From: Eledone cirrhosa
Taxonomy: Eukaryota
Assembly (NCBI GenBank): GCA_964016885.1
Contig: OZ024753.1
Coordinates: 24,304,001-24,368,000, forward strand
Reading direction: 5' to 3'
DNA: 64,000 nucleotides
The translations under genes and the position numbers were made by a program. Each line of letters begins with the position of its first letter. Within the stretch, counting starts at the first letter, position 1. This document shows positions 14,001 through 29,929 of the stretch, one piece after another. The notes beneath the pieces were generated by a model. The model was not told the origin of the DNA. It saw nothing but the letters and a program-made list of their open reading frames with translations, and ran no database searches.

Positions 14001-16535
14001 GTAACAGACAGAGGGTTAACACTGTATGTAACAGACAGAGGATTAACCCTGTATGTAACAGACAGAGGACTAACTGTGTATGTAACAGACAGAGGACTAA
14101 CACTGTATGTAACAGACAGAGGACTGACACTGTATGTAACAGACAGAGGACTAACAATGTATGTAACGGACAGAGGACTAACATTGTATGTAACAGACAG
14201 AGGACTAACATTGTATGTAACAGACAGAGGACTAACACTGTATATAACTGACAGAGGGTTAACTCTGTATGTAACAGAGTACTTAGACTGTATGTAACAG
14301 ACAGAGGACTAACACTGTATGTAACAGACAGAGGACTAATAGTGTTAGACCTCTGTCTGTTACATACAGTGTATTTAACAGTTAGAGGACTAACACTGTA
14401 TGTAACAGACACAGGACTGACACTGTATGTAACAGACAGAGGACTAACACTGTATGTAACAGACAGCGGACTAACACTGTAGGTAACAGACAGAGGACTA
14501 ACACTGTATGTCACAGACAGAGGACTAACAGTGTATGTAACAGACAGAGGACTAACACTGTATGCAACAGACAGAGGACTAACACTGTATGTAACAGACA
14601 GAGGACTGACACTGTATGTAACAGACAGAGGACTAACACTGTATATCACAGACAGAGGACTAACAGTGTATGTAACAGACAGAGGACTAACACTGTATGT
14701 AACAGACAGAGGACTAACACTGTATGTAACAGACAGAGGACTAACACTGTATGTAACAGACAGAGGACTAACACTGTATGTAACAGACAGAGGACTAACA
14801 CTGTATGTAATAGACAGAGGAGTAAAACTGTATGCAACAGACAGAGGACTAATACTTTATGTAACAGACAGAGGACTAACACTGTATGTAACAGACAGAG
14901 GACTAACACTGTATGTAGCAGACAGAGGACTAAGACTGTATGTAACAGACAGAGGACTAACATTGTATGTAACAGACAGAGGACTAACACTGTATGTAGC
15001 AGACAGAGGACGAACACTGTATGCAACAGACAGAGGACTAATACTGTATGTAACAGACAGAGGACTAACACCGTATGTAACAGACAGAGGACTAACACTG
15101 TATGTAACAGACAGAGGACTGACACTGTATGTAACAGACAGAGGACTAACACTGTATGTAACAGACAGAGGACTGACACTGTATGTCACAGACAGAGGAC
15201 TAACAGTGTATGTAACAGACAGAGGACTAACACTGTATGTAACAGACAGAGGACTCATACTGTATGTAACAGACAGAGGGTTAACACTGTATGTAACAGA
15301 CAGAGGATTAACCCTGTATGTAACAGACAGAGGACTAACTGTGTATGTAACAGACAGAGGACTAACACTGTATGTAACAGACAGAGGACTGACACTGTAT
15401 GTAACAGACAGAGGACTAACAATGTATGTAACGGACAGAGGACTAACATTGTATGTAACAGACAGAGGACTAACATTGTATGTAACAGACAGAGGACTAA
15501 CACTGTATATAACTGACAGAGGGTTAACTCTGTATGTAACAGAGTACTTAGACTGTATGTAACAGACAGAGGACTAACACTGTATGTAACAGACAGAGGA
15601 CTAATAGTGTTAGACCTCTGTCTGTTACATACAGTGTATTTAACAGTTAGAGGACTAACACTGTATGTAACAGACACAGGACTGACACTGTATGTAACAT
15701 ACAGAGGACTAACACTGTATGTAACAGACAGCGGACTAACACTGTAGGTAACAGACAGAGGACTAACACTGTATGTCACAGACAGAGGACTAACAGTGTA
15801 TGTAACAGACAGAGGACTAACACTGTATGCAACAGACAGAGGATTAACACTGTATGTAACAGACAGAGGACTGACACTGTATGTAACAGACAGAGGACTA
15901 ACACTGTATATCACAGACAGAGGACTAACAGTGTATGTAACAGACAGAGGACTAACACTGTATGTCACAGACAGAGGACTAACAGTGTATGTAACAGACA
16001 GAGGACTAACACTGTATGTAACAGACAGAGGACTCATACTGTATGTAACAGACAGAGGGTTAACACTGTATGTAACAGACAGAGGATTAACCCTGTATGT
16101 AACAGACAGAGGACTAACTGTGTATGTAGCAGACAGAGGACTAACACTGTATGTAACAGACAGAGGACTGACACTGTATGTAACAGACAGAGGACTAACA
16201 ATGTATGTAACAGACAGAGGACTAACATTGTATGTAACAGACAGAGGACTAACATTGTATGTAACAGACAGAGGACTAACACTGTATATAACTGACAGAG
16301 GGTTAACTCTGTATGTAACAGAGTACTTAGACTGTGTGTAACAGACAGAGGACTAACACTGTATGTAACAGACAGAGGACTAATAGTGTTAGACCTCTGT
16401 CTGTTACATACAGTGTATTTAACAGTTAGAGGACTAACACTGTATGTAACAGACACAGGACTGACACTGTATGTAACAGACAAAGGACTAACACTGTATG
16501 TAACAGACAGCGGACTAACACTGTATGTAACAGAC
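8090..16535 (+). repeat. Tandem higher-order duplication, 2 x 4223 bp (157 monomers including four 23-bp monomers)
   Basis: The inversion pairs 8880/13103, 10118/14341, 11383/15606 and 12162/16385 are all 4223 apart. Identical ORF translations recur at this offset (9151/13374, 10308/14531). 157x27-16=4223. Boundaries approximate. Confidence 0.92.
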
Positions 16536-17227
16536 AGAGGACTAACACTGTATGTAACAGACAGAGGACTAACACTGTGTGCAACAGACAGAGGAGTAAC
16601 ACTGTATGTAACAGACAGAGGATAAACACTGTATGTAACAGACAGAGGCCTAACATTGTATGCAACAGACAGAGGACTAACACTGTATGCAACAGACAGA
16701 GGACTAACACTGTATGTAACAGACAGAGGACTAACACTGTATGTAACAGACAGAGGACTAACACTGTATGTAAGAGACAGAGGACTAACACTGTATGTAA
16801 CAGACAGAGGACTAACATGGTATGTAATAGACAGAGGAGTAAAACTGTATGCAACAGACAGAGGACTAATACTTTATGTAACAGACAGAGGACTAACACT
16901 GTATGTAACAGACAGAGGACTAACACTGTATGTAGCAGACAGAGGACTAAGACTGTATGTAACAGACAGAGGACTAACATTGTATGTAACAGACAGAGGA
17001 CTAACACTGTATGTAGCAGACAGAGGACGAACACTGTATGCAACAGACAGAGGACTAATACTGTATGTAACAGACAGAGGACTAACACCGTATGTAACAG
17101 ACAGAGGACTAACACTGTATGTAACAGACAGAGGACTGACACTGTATGTAACAGACAGAGGACTAACACTGTATGTAACAGACAGAGGACTGACACTGTA
17201 TGTTACAGACAGAGGACTAACAGTGTA

Positions 17228-20163
17228 TGTAACAGACAGAGGACTGACACTGTATGTAACAGACAGAGGACTAACACCGTATGTAACAGACAGAGGACTG
17301 ACACTGTATGTCACAGACAGAGGACTAACAGTGTATGTAACAGACAGAGGACTAACACTGTATGTAACAGACAGTGGACTCATACTTTATGTAACAGACA
17401 GAGGGTTAACACTGTATGTAATAGACAGAGGACTAACCCTGTATGTAACAGACAGAGGACTAACTGTGTATGTAACAGACAGAGGACTAACACTGTATGT
17501 AACAGACAGAGGACTGACACTGTATGTAACAGACAGAGGACTAACACTGTATGTAACAGACAGAGGACTAACACTGTATGTAACAGACAGAGGACTAACA
17601 TTGTATGTAACAGACAGAGGACTAACACTGTATGTAACAGACAGAGGACTAACACTGTGTGCAACAGACAGAGGAGTAACACTGTATGTAACAGACAGAG
17701 GATAAACACTGTATGTAACAGACAGAGGCCTAACATTGTATGCAACAGACAGAGGACTAACACTGTATGCAACAGACAGAGGACTAACACTGTATGTAAC
17801 AGACAGAGGACTAACACTGTATGTAACAGACAGAGGACTAACACTGTATGTAACAGACAGAGGACTAACACTGTATGTAACAGACGGAGGACTAACACTG
17901 TATGTAATAGACAGAGGAGTAAAACTGTATGCAACAGACAGAGGACTAATACTTTATGTAACAGACAGAGGACTAACACTGTATGTAACAGACAGAGGAC
18001 TAACACTGTATGTAGCAGACAGAGGACTAAGACTGTATGTAACAGACAGAGGACTAACATTGTATGTAACAGACAGAGGACTAACACTGTATGTAGCAGA
18101 CAGAGGACTAAGACTGTATGTAGCAGACAGAGGACTAAGACTGTATGCAAAAGACAAAGGATTAACACTGTATGTAACAGACAGAGGACTAACAGTGTAT
18201 GTAACAGCCAGAGGACTAACACTGTATGCAACAGACAGAGGACGAACACTGTATGCAACAGACAGAGGACTAATACTGTATGTAACAGACAGAGGACTAA
18301 CACCGTATGTAACAGACAGAGGACTAACACTGTATGTAACAGACAGAGGACTGACACTGTATGTAACAGACAGAGGACTAACACTGTATGTAACAGACAG
18401 AGGACTGACACTGTATGTCACAGACAGAGGACTAACAGTGTATGTAACAGACAGAGGACTAACACTGTATGTAACAGACAGAGGACTCATACTGTATGTA
18501 ACAGACAGAGGGTTAACACTGTATGTAACAGACAGAGGATTAACCCTGTATGTAACAGACAGAGGACTAACTGTGTATGTAGCAGACAGAGGACTAACAC
18601 TGTATGTAACAGACAGAGGACTGACACTGTATGTAACAGACAGAGGACTAACAATGTATGTAACAGACAGAGGACTAACATTGTATGTAACAGACAGAGG
18701 ACTAACATTGTATGTAACAGACAGAGGACTAACACTGTATATAACTGACAGAGGGTTAACTCTGTATGTAACAGAGTACTTAGACTGTATGTAACAGACA
18801 GAGGACTAACACTGTATGTAACAGACAGAGGACTAATAGTGTTAGACCTCTGTCTGTTACATACAGTGTATTTAACAGTTAGAGGACTAACACTGTATGT
18901 AACAGACACAGGACTGACACTGTATGTAACAGACAGAGGACTAACACTGTATGTAACAGACAGCGGACTAACACTGTATGTAACAGACAGAGGACTAACA
19001 CTGTATGTAACAGACAGAGGACTAACACTGTGTGCAACAGACAGAGGAGTAACACTGTATGTAACAGACAGAGGATAAACACTGTATGTAACAGACAGAG
19101 GCCTAACATTGTATGCAACAGACAGAGGACTAACACTGTATGCAACAGACAGAGGACTAACACTGTATGTAACAGACAGAGGACTAACACTGTATGTAAC
19201 AGACAGAGGACTAACACTGTATGTAACAGACAGAGGACTAACACTGTATGTAACAGACAGAGGACTAACACTGTATGTAATTGACAGAGGAGTAAAACTG
19301 TATGCAACAGACAGAGGACTAATACTTTATGTAACAGACAGAGGACTAACACTGTATGTAACAGACAGAGGACTAACACTGTATGTAGCAGACAGAGGAC
19401 TAAGACTGTATGTAACAGACAGAGGACTAACATTGTATGTAACAGACAGAGGACTAACACTGTATGTAGCAGACAGAGGACGAACACTGTATGCAACAGA
19501 CAGAGGACTAATACTGTATGTAACAGACAGAGGACTAACACCGTATGTAACAGACAGAGGACTAACACTGTATGTAACAGACAGAGGACTGACACTGTAT
19601 GTAACAGACAGAGGACTAACACTGTATGTAACAGACAGAGGACTGACACTGTATGTCACAGACAGAGGACTAACAGTGTATGTAACAGACAGAGGACTAA
19701 CACTGTATGTAACAGACAGAGGACTCATACTGTATGTAACAGACAGAGGGTTAACACTGTATGTAACAGACAGAGGATTAACCCTGTATGTAACAGACAG
19801 AGGACTAACTGTGTATGTAACAGACAGAGGACTAACACTGTATGTAACAGACAGAGGACTGACACTGTATGTAACAGACAGAGGACTAACAATGTATGTA
19901 ACGGACAGAGGACTAACATTGTATGTAACAGACAGAGGACTAACATTGTATGTAACAGACAGAGGACTAACACTGTATATAACTGACAGAGGGTTAACTC
20001 TGTATGTAACAGAGTACTTAGACTGTATGTAACAGACAGAGGACTAACACTGTATGTAACAGACAGAGGACTAATAGTGTTAGACCTCTGTCTGTTACAT
20101 ACAGTGTATTTAACAGTTAGAGGACTAACACTGTATGTAACAGACACAGGACTGACACTGTAT
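17228..20163 (+). repeat. Dispersed copy (about 2.9 kb) of about 7270-10205, offset 9958 bp
   Basis: ORF-track pairs 7422/17380, 7778/17736, 8881/18839 and 9151/19109 share this offset. Rare variants are shared (GACAGTGGACTCATACTTT, GACGGAGG, GTAATTGAC). Confidence 0.85.
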
Positions 20164-23100
20164 GTAACATACAGAGGACTAACACTGTATGTAACAGACA
20201 GCGGACTAACACTGTAGGTAACAGACAGAGGACTAACACTGTATGTCACAGACAGAGGACTAACAGTGTATGTAACAGACAGTGGACTAACACTGTATGC
20301 AACAGACAGAGGATTAACACTGTATGTAACAGACAGAGGACTGACACTGTATGTAACAGACAGAGGACTAACACTGTATATCACAGACAGAGGACTAACA
20401 GTGTATGTAACAGACAGAGGACTAACACTGTATGTCACAGACAGAGGACTAACAGTGTATGTAACAGACAGAGGACTAACACTGTATGTAACAGACAGAG
20501 GACTCATACTGTATGTAACAGACAGAGGGTTAACACTGTATGTAACAGACAGAGGATTAACCCTGTATGTAACAGACAGAGGACTAACTGTGTATGTAGC
20601 AGACAGAGGACTAACACTGTATGTAACAGACAGAGGACTGACACTGTATGTAACAGACAGAGGACTAAAAATGTATGTAACAGACAGAGGACTAACATTG
20701 TATGTAACAGACAGAGGACTAACATTGTATGTAACAGACAGAGGACTAACACTGTATATAACTGACAGAGGGTTAACTCTGTATGTAACAGAGTACTTAG
20801 ACTGTATGTAACAGACAGAGGACTAACACTGTATGTAACAGACAGAGGACTAATAGTGTTAGACCTCTGTCTGTTACATACAGTGTATTTAACAGTTAGA
20901 GGACTAACACTGTATGTAACAGACACAGGACTGACACTGTATGTAACAGACAAAGGACTAACACTGTATGTAACAGACAGCGGACTAACACTGTATGTAA
21001 CAGACAGAGGACTAACACTGTATGTAACAGACAGAGGACTAACACTGTGTGCAACAGACAGAGGAGTAACACTGTATGTAACAGACAGAGGATAAACACT
21101 GTATGTAACAGACAGAGGCCTAACATTGTATGCAACAGACAGAGGACTAACACTGTATGCAACAGACAGAGGACTAACACTGTATGTAACAGACAGAGGA
21201 CTAACACTGTATGTAACAGACAGAGGACTAACACTGTATGTAACAGACAGAGGACTAACATGGTATGTAATAGACAGAGGAGTAAAACTGTATGCAACAG
21301 ACAGAGGACTAATACTTTATGTAACAGACAGAGGACTAACACTGTATGTAACAGACAGAGGACTAACACTGTATGTAGCAGACAGAGGACTAAGACTGTA
21401 TGTAACAGACAGAGGACTAACATTGTATGTAACAGACAGAGGACTAACACTGTATGTAGCAGACAGAGGACGAACACTGTATGCAACAGACAGAGGACTA
21501 ATACTGTATGTAACAGACAGAGGACTAACACCGTATGTAACAGACAGAGGACTAACACTGTATGTAACAGACAGAGGACTGACACTGTATGTAACAGACA
21601 GAGGACTAACACTGTATGTAACAGACAGAGGACTGACACTGTATGTTACAGACAGAGGACTAACAGTGTATGTAACAGACAGAGGACTAACACTGTATGT
21701 AACAGACAGAGGACTCATACTGTATGTAACAGACAGAGGGTTAACACTGTATGTAACAGACAGAGGATTAACCCTGTATGTAACAGACAGAGGACTAACT
21801 GTGTATGTAACAGACAGAGGACTAACACTGTATGTAACAGACAGAGGACTGACACTGTATGTAACAGACAGAGGACTAACAATGTATGTAACGGACAGAG
21901 GACTAACATTGTATGTAACAGACAGAGGACTAACATTGTATGTAACAGACAGAGGACTAACACTGTATATAACTGACAGAGGGTTAACTCTGTATGTAAC
22001 AGAGTACTTAGACTGTATGTAACAGACAGAGGACTAACACTGTATGTAACAGACAGAGGACTAATAGTGTTAGACCTCTGTCTGTTACATACAGTGTATT
22101 TAACAGTTAGAGGACTAACACTGTATGTAACAGACACAGGACTGACACTGTATGTAACAGACAGAGGACTAACACTGTATGTAACAGACAGCGGACTAAC
22201 ACTGTAGGTAACAGACAGAGGACTAACACTGTATGTCACAGACAGAGGACTAACAGTGTATGTAACAGACAGAGGACTAACACTGTATGCAACAGACAGA
22301 GGACTAACACTGTATGTAACAGACAGAGGACTGACACTGTATGTAACAGACAGAGAACTAACACTGTATATCACAGACAGAGGACTAACAGTGTATGTAA
22401 CAGACAGAGGACTAACACTGTATGTAACAGACAGAGGACTAACACTGTATGTAACAGACAGAGGGTTAACACTGTATGTAACAGACAGAGGACTAACCCT
22501 GTATGTAACAGACAGAGGACTAACTGTGTATGTAACAGACAGAGGACTAACACTGTATGTAACAGACAGAGGACTGACACTGTATGTAACAGACAGAGGA
22601 CTAACACTGTATGTAACAGACAGAGGACTAACACTGTATGTAACAGACAGCGGACTAACACTGTATGTAACAGACAGAGGACTAACACTGTATGTAACAG
22701 ACAGAAGACTAACACTGTATGTAACAGACAGAGGACTAACAATGTATGTAACAGCTAGAGGACTAACACTGTATGCAACAGACAGAGGACGAACACTGTA
22801 TGCAACAGACAGAGGACTAACACTGTATGTAACAGACAGAGGGTTAACACTGTATGTAACAGACAGAGGACTAACACTTTATGTAACAGACAGAGGACTA
22901 ACACTGTATGTAACAGACAGAGGTCTAACAATGTATGTAACAGACAGAGGACTAAAACTGTATGTTATAGACAGAGGACTAACACTGTATGTAACAGACA
23001 GATGGTTAACACTGTATACAAAAGACAAAGGATTAACACTGTATGTAACAGACAGAGGACTAACAGTGTATGTAACAGCCAGAGGACTAACACTGTATGC

Positions 23101-26100
23101 AACAGACAGGGGACGAACACTGTATGTAACAGACAGAGGACAAATACTGTATGTAACAGACAGAGGACTAACACCGTATGTAACAGACGGAGGACTAACA
23201 TTGTATGTAACAGACAGAGGACTGACACTGTATGTAACAGACAGAGGACTAACACTGTATGTAACAGACAGAGGACTGACACTGTATGTCACAGACAGAG
23301 GACTAACATTGTATGTAATAGACAGAGGAGTAAAACTGTATGCAACAGACAGAGGATTAATACTTTATGTAACAGACAGAGGACTAACACTGTATGTAAC
23401 AGACATAGGACTAACACTGTATGTAGCAGACAGAGGACTAAGACTGTATGTAACAGACGGAGGACTAACACTGTATGTAACAGACAGAGGACTAACACTG
23501 TATGTAACAGACAGAGGACTAACACTGTATGTAACAGACAGAGGACTAACAATGTATGTAACAGACAGAGGATAAACACTGTATGTAACAGACAGAGGCC
23601 TAACATTGTATGCAACAGACAGAGGACTAACACTGTATGCAACAGACAGAGGACTAACACTGTATGTAACAGACAGAGGACTAACACTGTATGTAACAGA
23701 CAGAGGACTAACACTGTATGTAACAGACAGAGGACTAACACTGTATGTAACAGACGGAGGACTAACACTGTATGTAATAGACAGAGGAGTAAAACTGTAT
23801 GCAACAGACAGAGGACTAATACTTTATGTAACAGACAGAGGACTAACACTGTATGTAACAGACAGAGGACTAACACTGTATGTAGCAGACAGAGGACTAA
23901 GTCTGTATGTAACAGACAGAGGACTAACATAGTATGTAACAGACAGAGGACTAACACTGTATGTAGCAGACAGAGGACTAAGACTGTATGTAGCAGCCAG
24001 AGGACTAACACTGTATGCAACAGACAGAGGACGAACACTGTATGCAACAGACAGAGGACTAATACTGTATGTAACAGACAGAGGACTAACACCGTATGTA
24101 ACAGACAGAGGACTAACACTGTATGTAACAGACAGAGGACTGACACTCTATGTAACAGACAGAGCATAACACTGTATGTAACAGACAGAGGACTGACACT
24201 GTATGTCACAGACAGAGGACTAACAGTGTATGTAACAGACAGAGGACTAACACTGTATGTAACAGACAGAGGACTCATAATGTATGTAACAGACAGAGGG
24301 TTAACACTGTATGTAACAGACAGAGGATTAACCCTGTATGTAACAGACAGAGGACTAACTGTGTATGTAACAGACAGAGGACTAACACTGTATGTAACAG
24401 ACAGAGGACTGACACTGTATGTAACAGACAGAGGACTAACAATGTATGTAACAGACAGAGGACTAACATTGTATGTAACAGACAGAGGACTAACATTGTA
24501 TGTAACAGACAGAGGACTAACACTGTATATAACTGACAGAGGGTTAACTCTGTATGTAGTAGAGTACTTAGACTGTATGTAACAGACAGAGGACTAACAC
24601 TGTATGTAACAGACAGAGGACTAATAGTGTTAGACCTCTGTCTGTTACATACAGTGTATTTAACAGTTAGAGGACTAACACTGTATGTAACAGACACAGG
24701 ACTGACACTGTATGTAACAGACAGCGGACTAACACTGTATGTAACAGACAGAGGACTAACACTGTATGTAACAGACAGAGGACTAACACTGTGTGCAACA
24801 GACAGAGGAGTAACACTGTATGTAACAGACAGAGGATAAACACTGTATGTAACAGACAGAGGCCTAACATTGTATGCAACAGACAGAGGACTAACACTGT
24901 ATGCAACAGACAGAGGACTAACACTGTATGTAACAGACAGAGGACTAACACTGTATGTAACAGACAGAGGACTAACACTGTATGTAACAGACAGAGGACT
25001 AACACTGTATGTAACAGACAGAGGACTAACACTGTATGTAATAGACAGAGGAGTAAAACTGTATGCAACAGACAGAGGACTAATACTTTATGTAACAGAC
25101 AGAGGACTAACACTGTATGTAACAGACAGAGGACTAACACTGTGTGTAGCAGACAGAGGACTAAGACTGTATGTAACAGACAGAGGACTAACATTGTATG
25201 TAACAGACAGAGGACTAACACTGTATGTAGCAGACAGAGGACGTACACTGTATGCAACAGACAGAGGACTAATACTGTATGTAACAGACAGAGGACTAAC
25301 ACCGTATGTAACAGACAGAGGACTAACACTGTATGTAACAGACAGAGGACTGACACTGTATGTAACAGACAGAGGACTAACACTGTATGTAACAGACAGA
25401 GGACTGACACTGTATGTCACAGACAGAGGACTAACAGTGTATGTAACAGACAGAGGACTAACACTGTATGTAACAGACAGAGGACTCATACTGTATGTAA
25501 CAGACAGAGGGTTAACACTGTATGTAACAGACAGAGGATTAACCCTGTATGTAACAGACAGAGGACTAACTGTGTATGTAACAGACAGAGGACTAACACT
25601 GTATGTAACAGACAGAGGACTGACACTGTATGTAACAGACAGAGGACTAACAATGTATGTAACGGACAGAGGACTAACATTGTATGTAACAGACAGAGGA
25701 CTAACATTGTATGTAACAGACAGAGGACTAACACTGTATATAACTGACAGAGGGTTAACTCTGTATGTAACAGAGTACTTAGACTGTATGTAACAGACAG
25801 AGGGTTAACACTGTATGTAACAGACAGAGGACTAACCCTGTATGTAACAGACAGAGGACTAACTGTGTATGTAACAGACAGAGGACTAACACTGTATGTA
25901 ACAGACAGAGGACTGACACTGTATGTAACAGACAGAGGACTAACACTGTATGTAACAGACAGAGGACTAACACTGTATGTAACAGACAGCGGACTAACAC
26001 TGTATGTAACAGACAGAGGACTAACACTGTATGTAACAGACAGAGGACTAACACTGTATGTAACAGACAGAGGACTAACAATGTATGTAACAGCTAGAGG

Positions 26101-29100
26101 ACTAACACTGTATGCAACAGACAGAGGACGAACACTGTATGCAACAGACAGAGGACTAACACTGTATGTAACAGACAGAGGGTTAACACTGTATCTAACA
26201 GACAGAGGACTAACACTTTATGTAACAGACAGAGGACTAACACTGTATGTAACAGACAGAGGTCTAACAATGTATGTAACAGACAGAGGACTAAAACTGT
26301 ATGTTATAGACAGAGGACTAACACTGTATGTAACAGACAGATGGTTAACACTGTATACAAAAGACAAAGGATTAACACTGTATGTAACAGACAGAGGACT
26401 AACAGTGTATGTAACAGCCAGAGGACTAACACTGTATGCAACAGACAGGGGACGAACACTGTATGTAACAGACAGAGGACAAATACTGTATGTAACAGAC
26501 AGAGGACTAACACCGTATGTAACAGACAGAGGACAAACATTGTATGTAACAGACAGAGGACTAACATTGTATGTCACAGACAGAGGACTAATACTGTATG
26601 TAACAGACAGAGGACAAACACCGTATGTAACAGACAGAGGACGAACATTATATGCAACAGACAGAGGACTAATACTGTATGTAACAGACAGAGGACTAAC
26701 ACCGTATGTAACAGACAGAGGACTAACATTGTATGTAACAGACAGAGGACTGACACTGTATGTAACAGACAGAGGACTAACACTGTATGTAACAGACAGA
26801 GGACTGACACTGTATGTCACAGACAGAGGACTAACACTGTATGTAATAGACAGAGGAGTAAAACTGTATGCAACAGACAGAGGATTAATACTTTATGTAA
26901 CAGACAGAGGACTAACACTGTATGTAACAGACATAGGGCTAACACTGTATGTAGCAGACAGAGGACTAAGACTGTATGTAACAGACAGAGGACTAACATT
27001 GTATGTAACAGACAGAGGACTAACACTGTATGTAACAGACAGAGGACTAACACTGTATGTAACAGACAGAGGACTAACAATGTATGTAACAGCTAGAGGA
27101 CTAACACTGTATGCAACAGACAGAGGACGAACACTGTATGCAACAGACAGAGGACTAACACTGTATGTAACAGACAGAGGGTTAACACTGTATGTAACAG
27201 ACAGAGGACTAACACTTTATGTAACAGACAGAGGACTAACACTGTATGTAACAGACAGAGGACTAACAATGTATGTAACAGACAGAGGACTAAAACTGTA
27301 TGTTATAGACAGAGGACTAACACTGTATGTAACAGACAGATGGTTAACACTGTATGCAAAAGACAAAGGATTAACACTGTATGTAACAGACAGAGGACTA
27401 ACAGTGTATGTAACAGCCAGAGGACTAACACTGTATGCAACAGACAGAGGACGAACACTGTATGTAACAGACAGAGGACAAATACTGTATGTAACAGACA
27501 GAGGACTAACATTGTATGTAACAGACAGAGGACTAACACTGTATATAACTGACAGAGGGTTAACTCTGTATGTAACAGAGTACTTAGACTGTATGTAACA
27601 GACAGAGGACTAACACTGTATGCAACAGACAGAGGACTAACACTGTATGTAACAGACAGAGGACTGACACTGTATGTAACAGACAGAGGACTAACACTGT
27701 ATATCACAGACAGAGGACTAACAGTGTATGTAACAGACAGAGGACTAACACTGTATGTAACAGACAGAGGACTAACACTGTATGTAACAGACAGAGGGTT
27801 AACACTGTATGTAACAGACAGAGGACTAACCCTGTATGTAACAGACAGAGGACTAACTGTGTATGTAACAGACAGAGGACTAACACTGTATGTAACAGAC
27901 AGAGGACTGACACTGTATGTAACAGACAGAGGACTAACACTGTATGTAACTGACAGAGGACTAACACTGTATGTAACAGACAGCGGACTAACACTGTATG
28001 TAACAGACAGAGGACTAACACTGTATGTAACAGACAGAGGACTAACACTGTATGTAACAGACAGAGGACTAACAATGTATGTAAAAGCTAGAGGACTAAC
28101 ACTGTATGCAACAGACAGAGGACGAACACTGTATGCAACAGACAGAGGACTAACACTGTATGTAACAGACAGAGGGTTAACACTGTATGTAACAGACAGA
28201 GGACTAACACTTTATGTAACAGACAGAGGACTAACACTGTATGTAACAGACAGAGGACTAACAATGTATGTAACAGACAGAGGACTAAAACTGTATGTTA
28301 TAGACAGAGGACTAACACTGTATGTAACAGACAGATGGTTAACACTGTATGCAAAAGACAAAGGATTAACACTGTATGTAACAGACAGAGGACTAACAGT
28401 GTATGTAACAGCCAGAGGACTAACACTGTATGCAACAGACAGAGGACGAACACTGTATGTAACAGACAGAGGACAAATAATGTATGTAACAGACAGAGGA
28501 CTAACACCGTATGTAACAGACAGAGGACTAACATTGTATGTAACAGACAGAGGACTAACATTGTATGTAACAGACAGAGGACTAATACTGTATGTAACAG
28601 ACAGAGGACTAACACCGTATGTAACAGACAGAGGACGAACATTATATGCAACAGACAGAGGACTAATACTGTATGTAACAGACAGAGGACTAACACCGTA
28701 TGTAACAGACAGAGGACTAACATTGTATGTAACAGACAGAGGACTGACAATGTATGTAACAGACAGAGGACTAACACTGTATGTAACAGACAGAGGACTG
28801 ACACTGTATGTCACAGACAGAGGACTAACACTGTATGTAATAGACAGAGGAGTAAAACTGTATGCAACAGACAGAGGATTAATACTTTATGTAACAGACA
28901 GAGGACTAACACTGTATGTAACAGACATAGGACTAACACTGTATGTAGCAGACAGAGGACTAAGACTGTATGTAACAGACAGAGGACTAACACTGTATGT
29001 AACAGACAGAGGACTAACACTGTATGTAATAGACAGAGGAGTAAAACTGTATGCAACAGACAGAGGACTAATACTTTATGTAACAGACAGAGGACTAACA

Positions 29101-29929
29101 CTGTATGTAACAGACAGAGGACTAACACTGTATGTAACAGACAGAGGACTAACACTGTGTGTAACAGACAGAGGGTTAACACTGTATGTAACAGATAGAG
29201 GACTAACACTGTACGTAACAGACAGAGGACTAGCACTGTGTGTAACAGACAGAGGGTTAACACTGTATGTAACAGACAGAGGACTAACCCTGTATGTAAC
29301 AGACAGAGGATTAACTGTGTATGTAACAGACAGAGGACTAACACTGTATGTAACAGACAGAGGACTGACACTGTATGTAACAGACAGAGGACTAACACTG
29401 CATGTAACAGACAGAGGACTAACACTGCATGTAACAGACAGCGGACTAACACTGTATGTAACAGACAGAGGACTAACACTGTATGTAACAGACAGAGGAC
29501 TAACACTATATGTAACAGACAGAGGACTAACACTGTATGTAACAGACAGAGGACTAACACTGTGTGCAAAAGACAGAGGAGTAACACTGTATGTAACAGA
29601 CAGAGGATAAACACTGTATGCAACAGACAGAGGACTAACACTGTATGCAACAGAGAGAGGACTAACATTGTATGTAACAGACAGAGGACTAACATTGTAT
29701 GTAACAGACAGAGGACTAACACTGTGTGTAACAGACAGAGGACTAACATTGTATGCAACAGACAGAGGACTAACACTGTATGTAACAGACAGAGGACTAA
29801 CTCTGTATGTAACAGACAGAGGACTAACACTGTATGTAACAGACAGAGGACTAAAACTGTATGTAACAGACAAAGGATTAACACTGTATGTAACGGACAG
29901 AGGACTAACACTGTATGTAACAGACAGAG

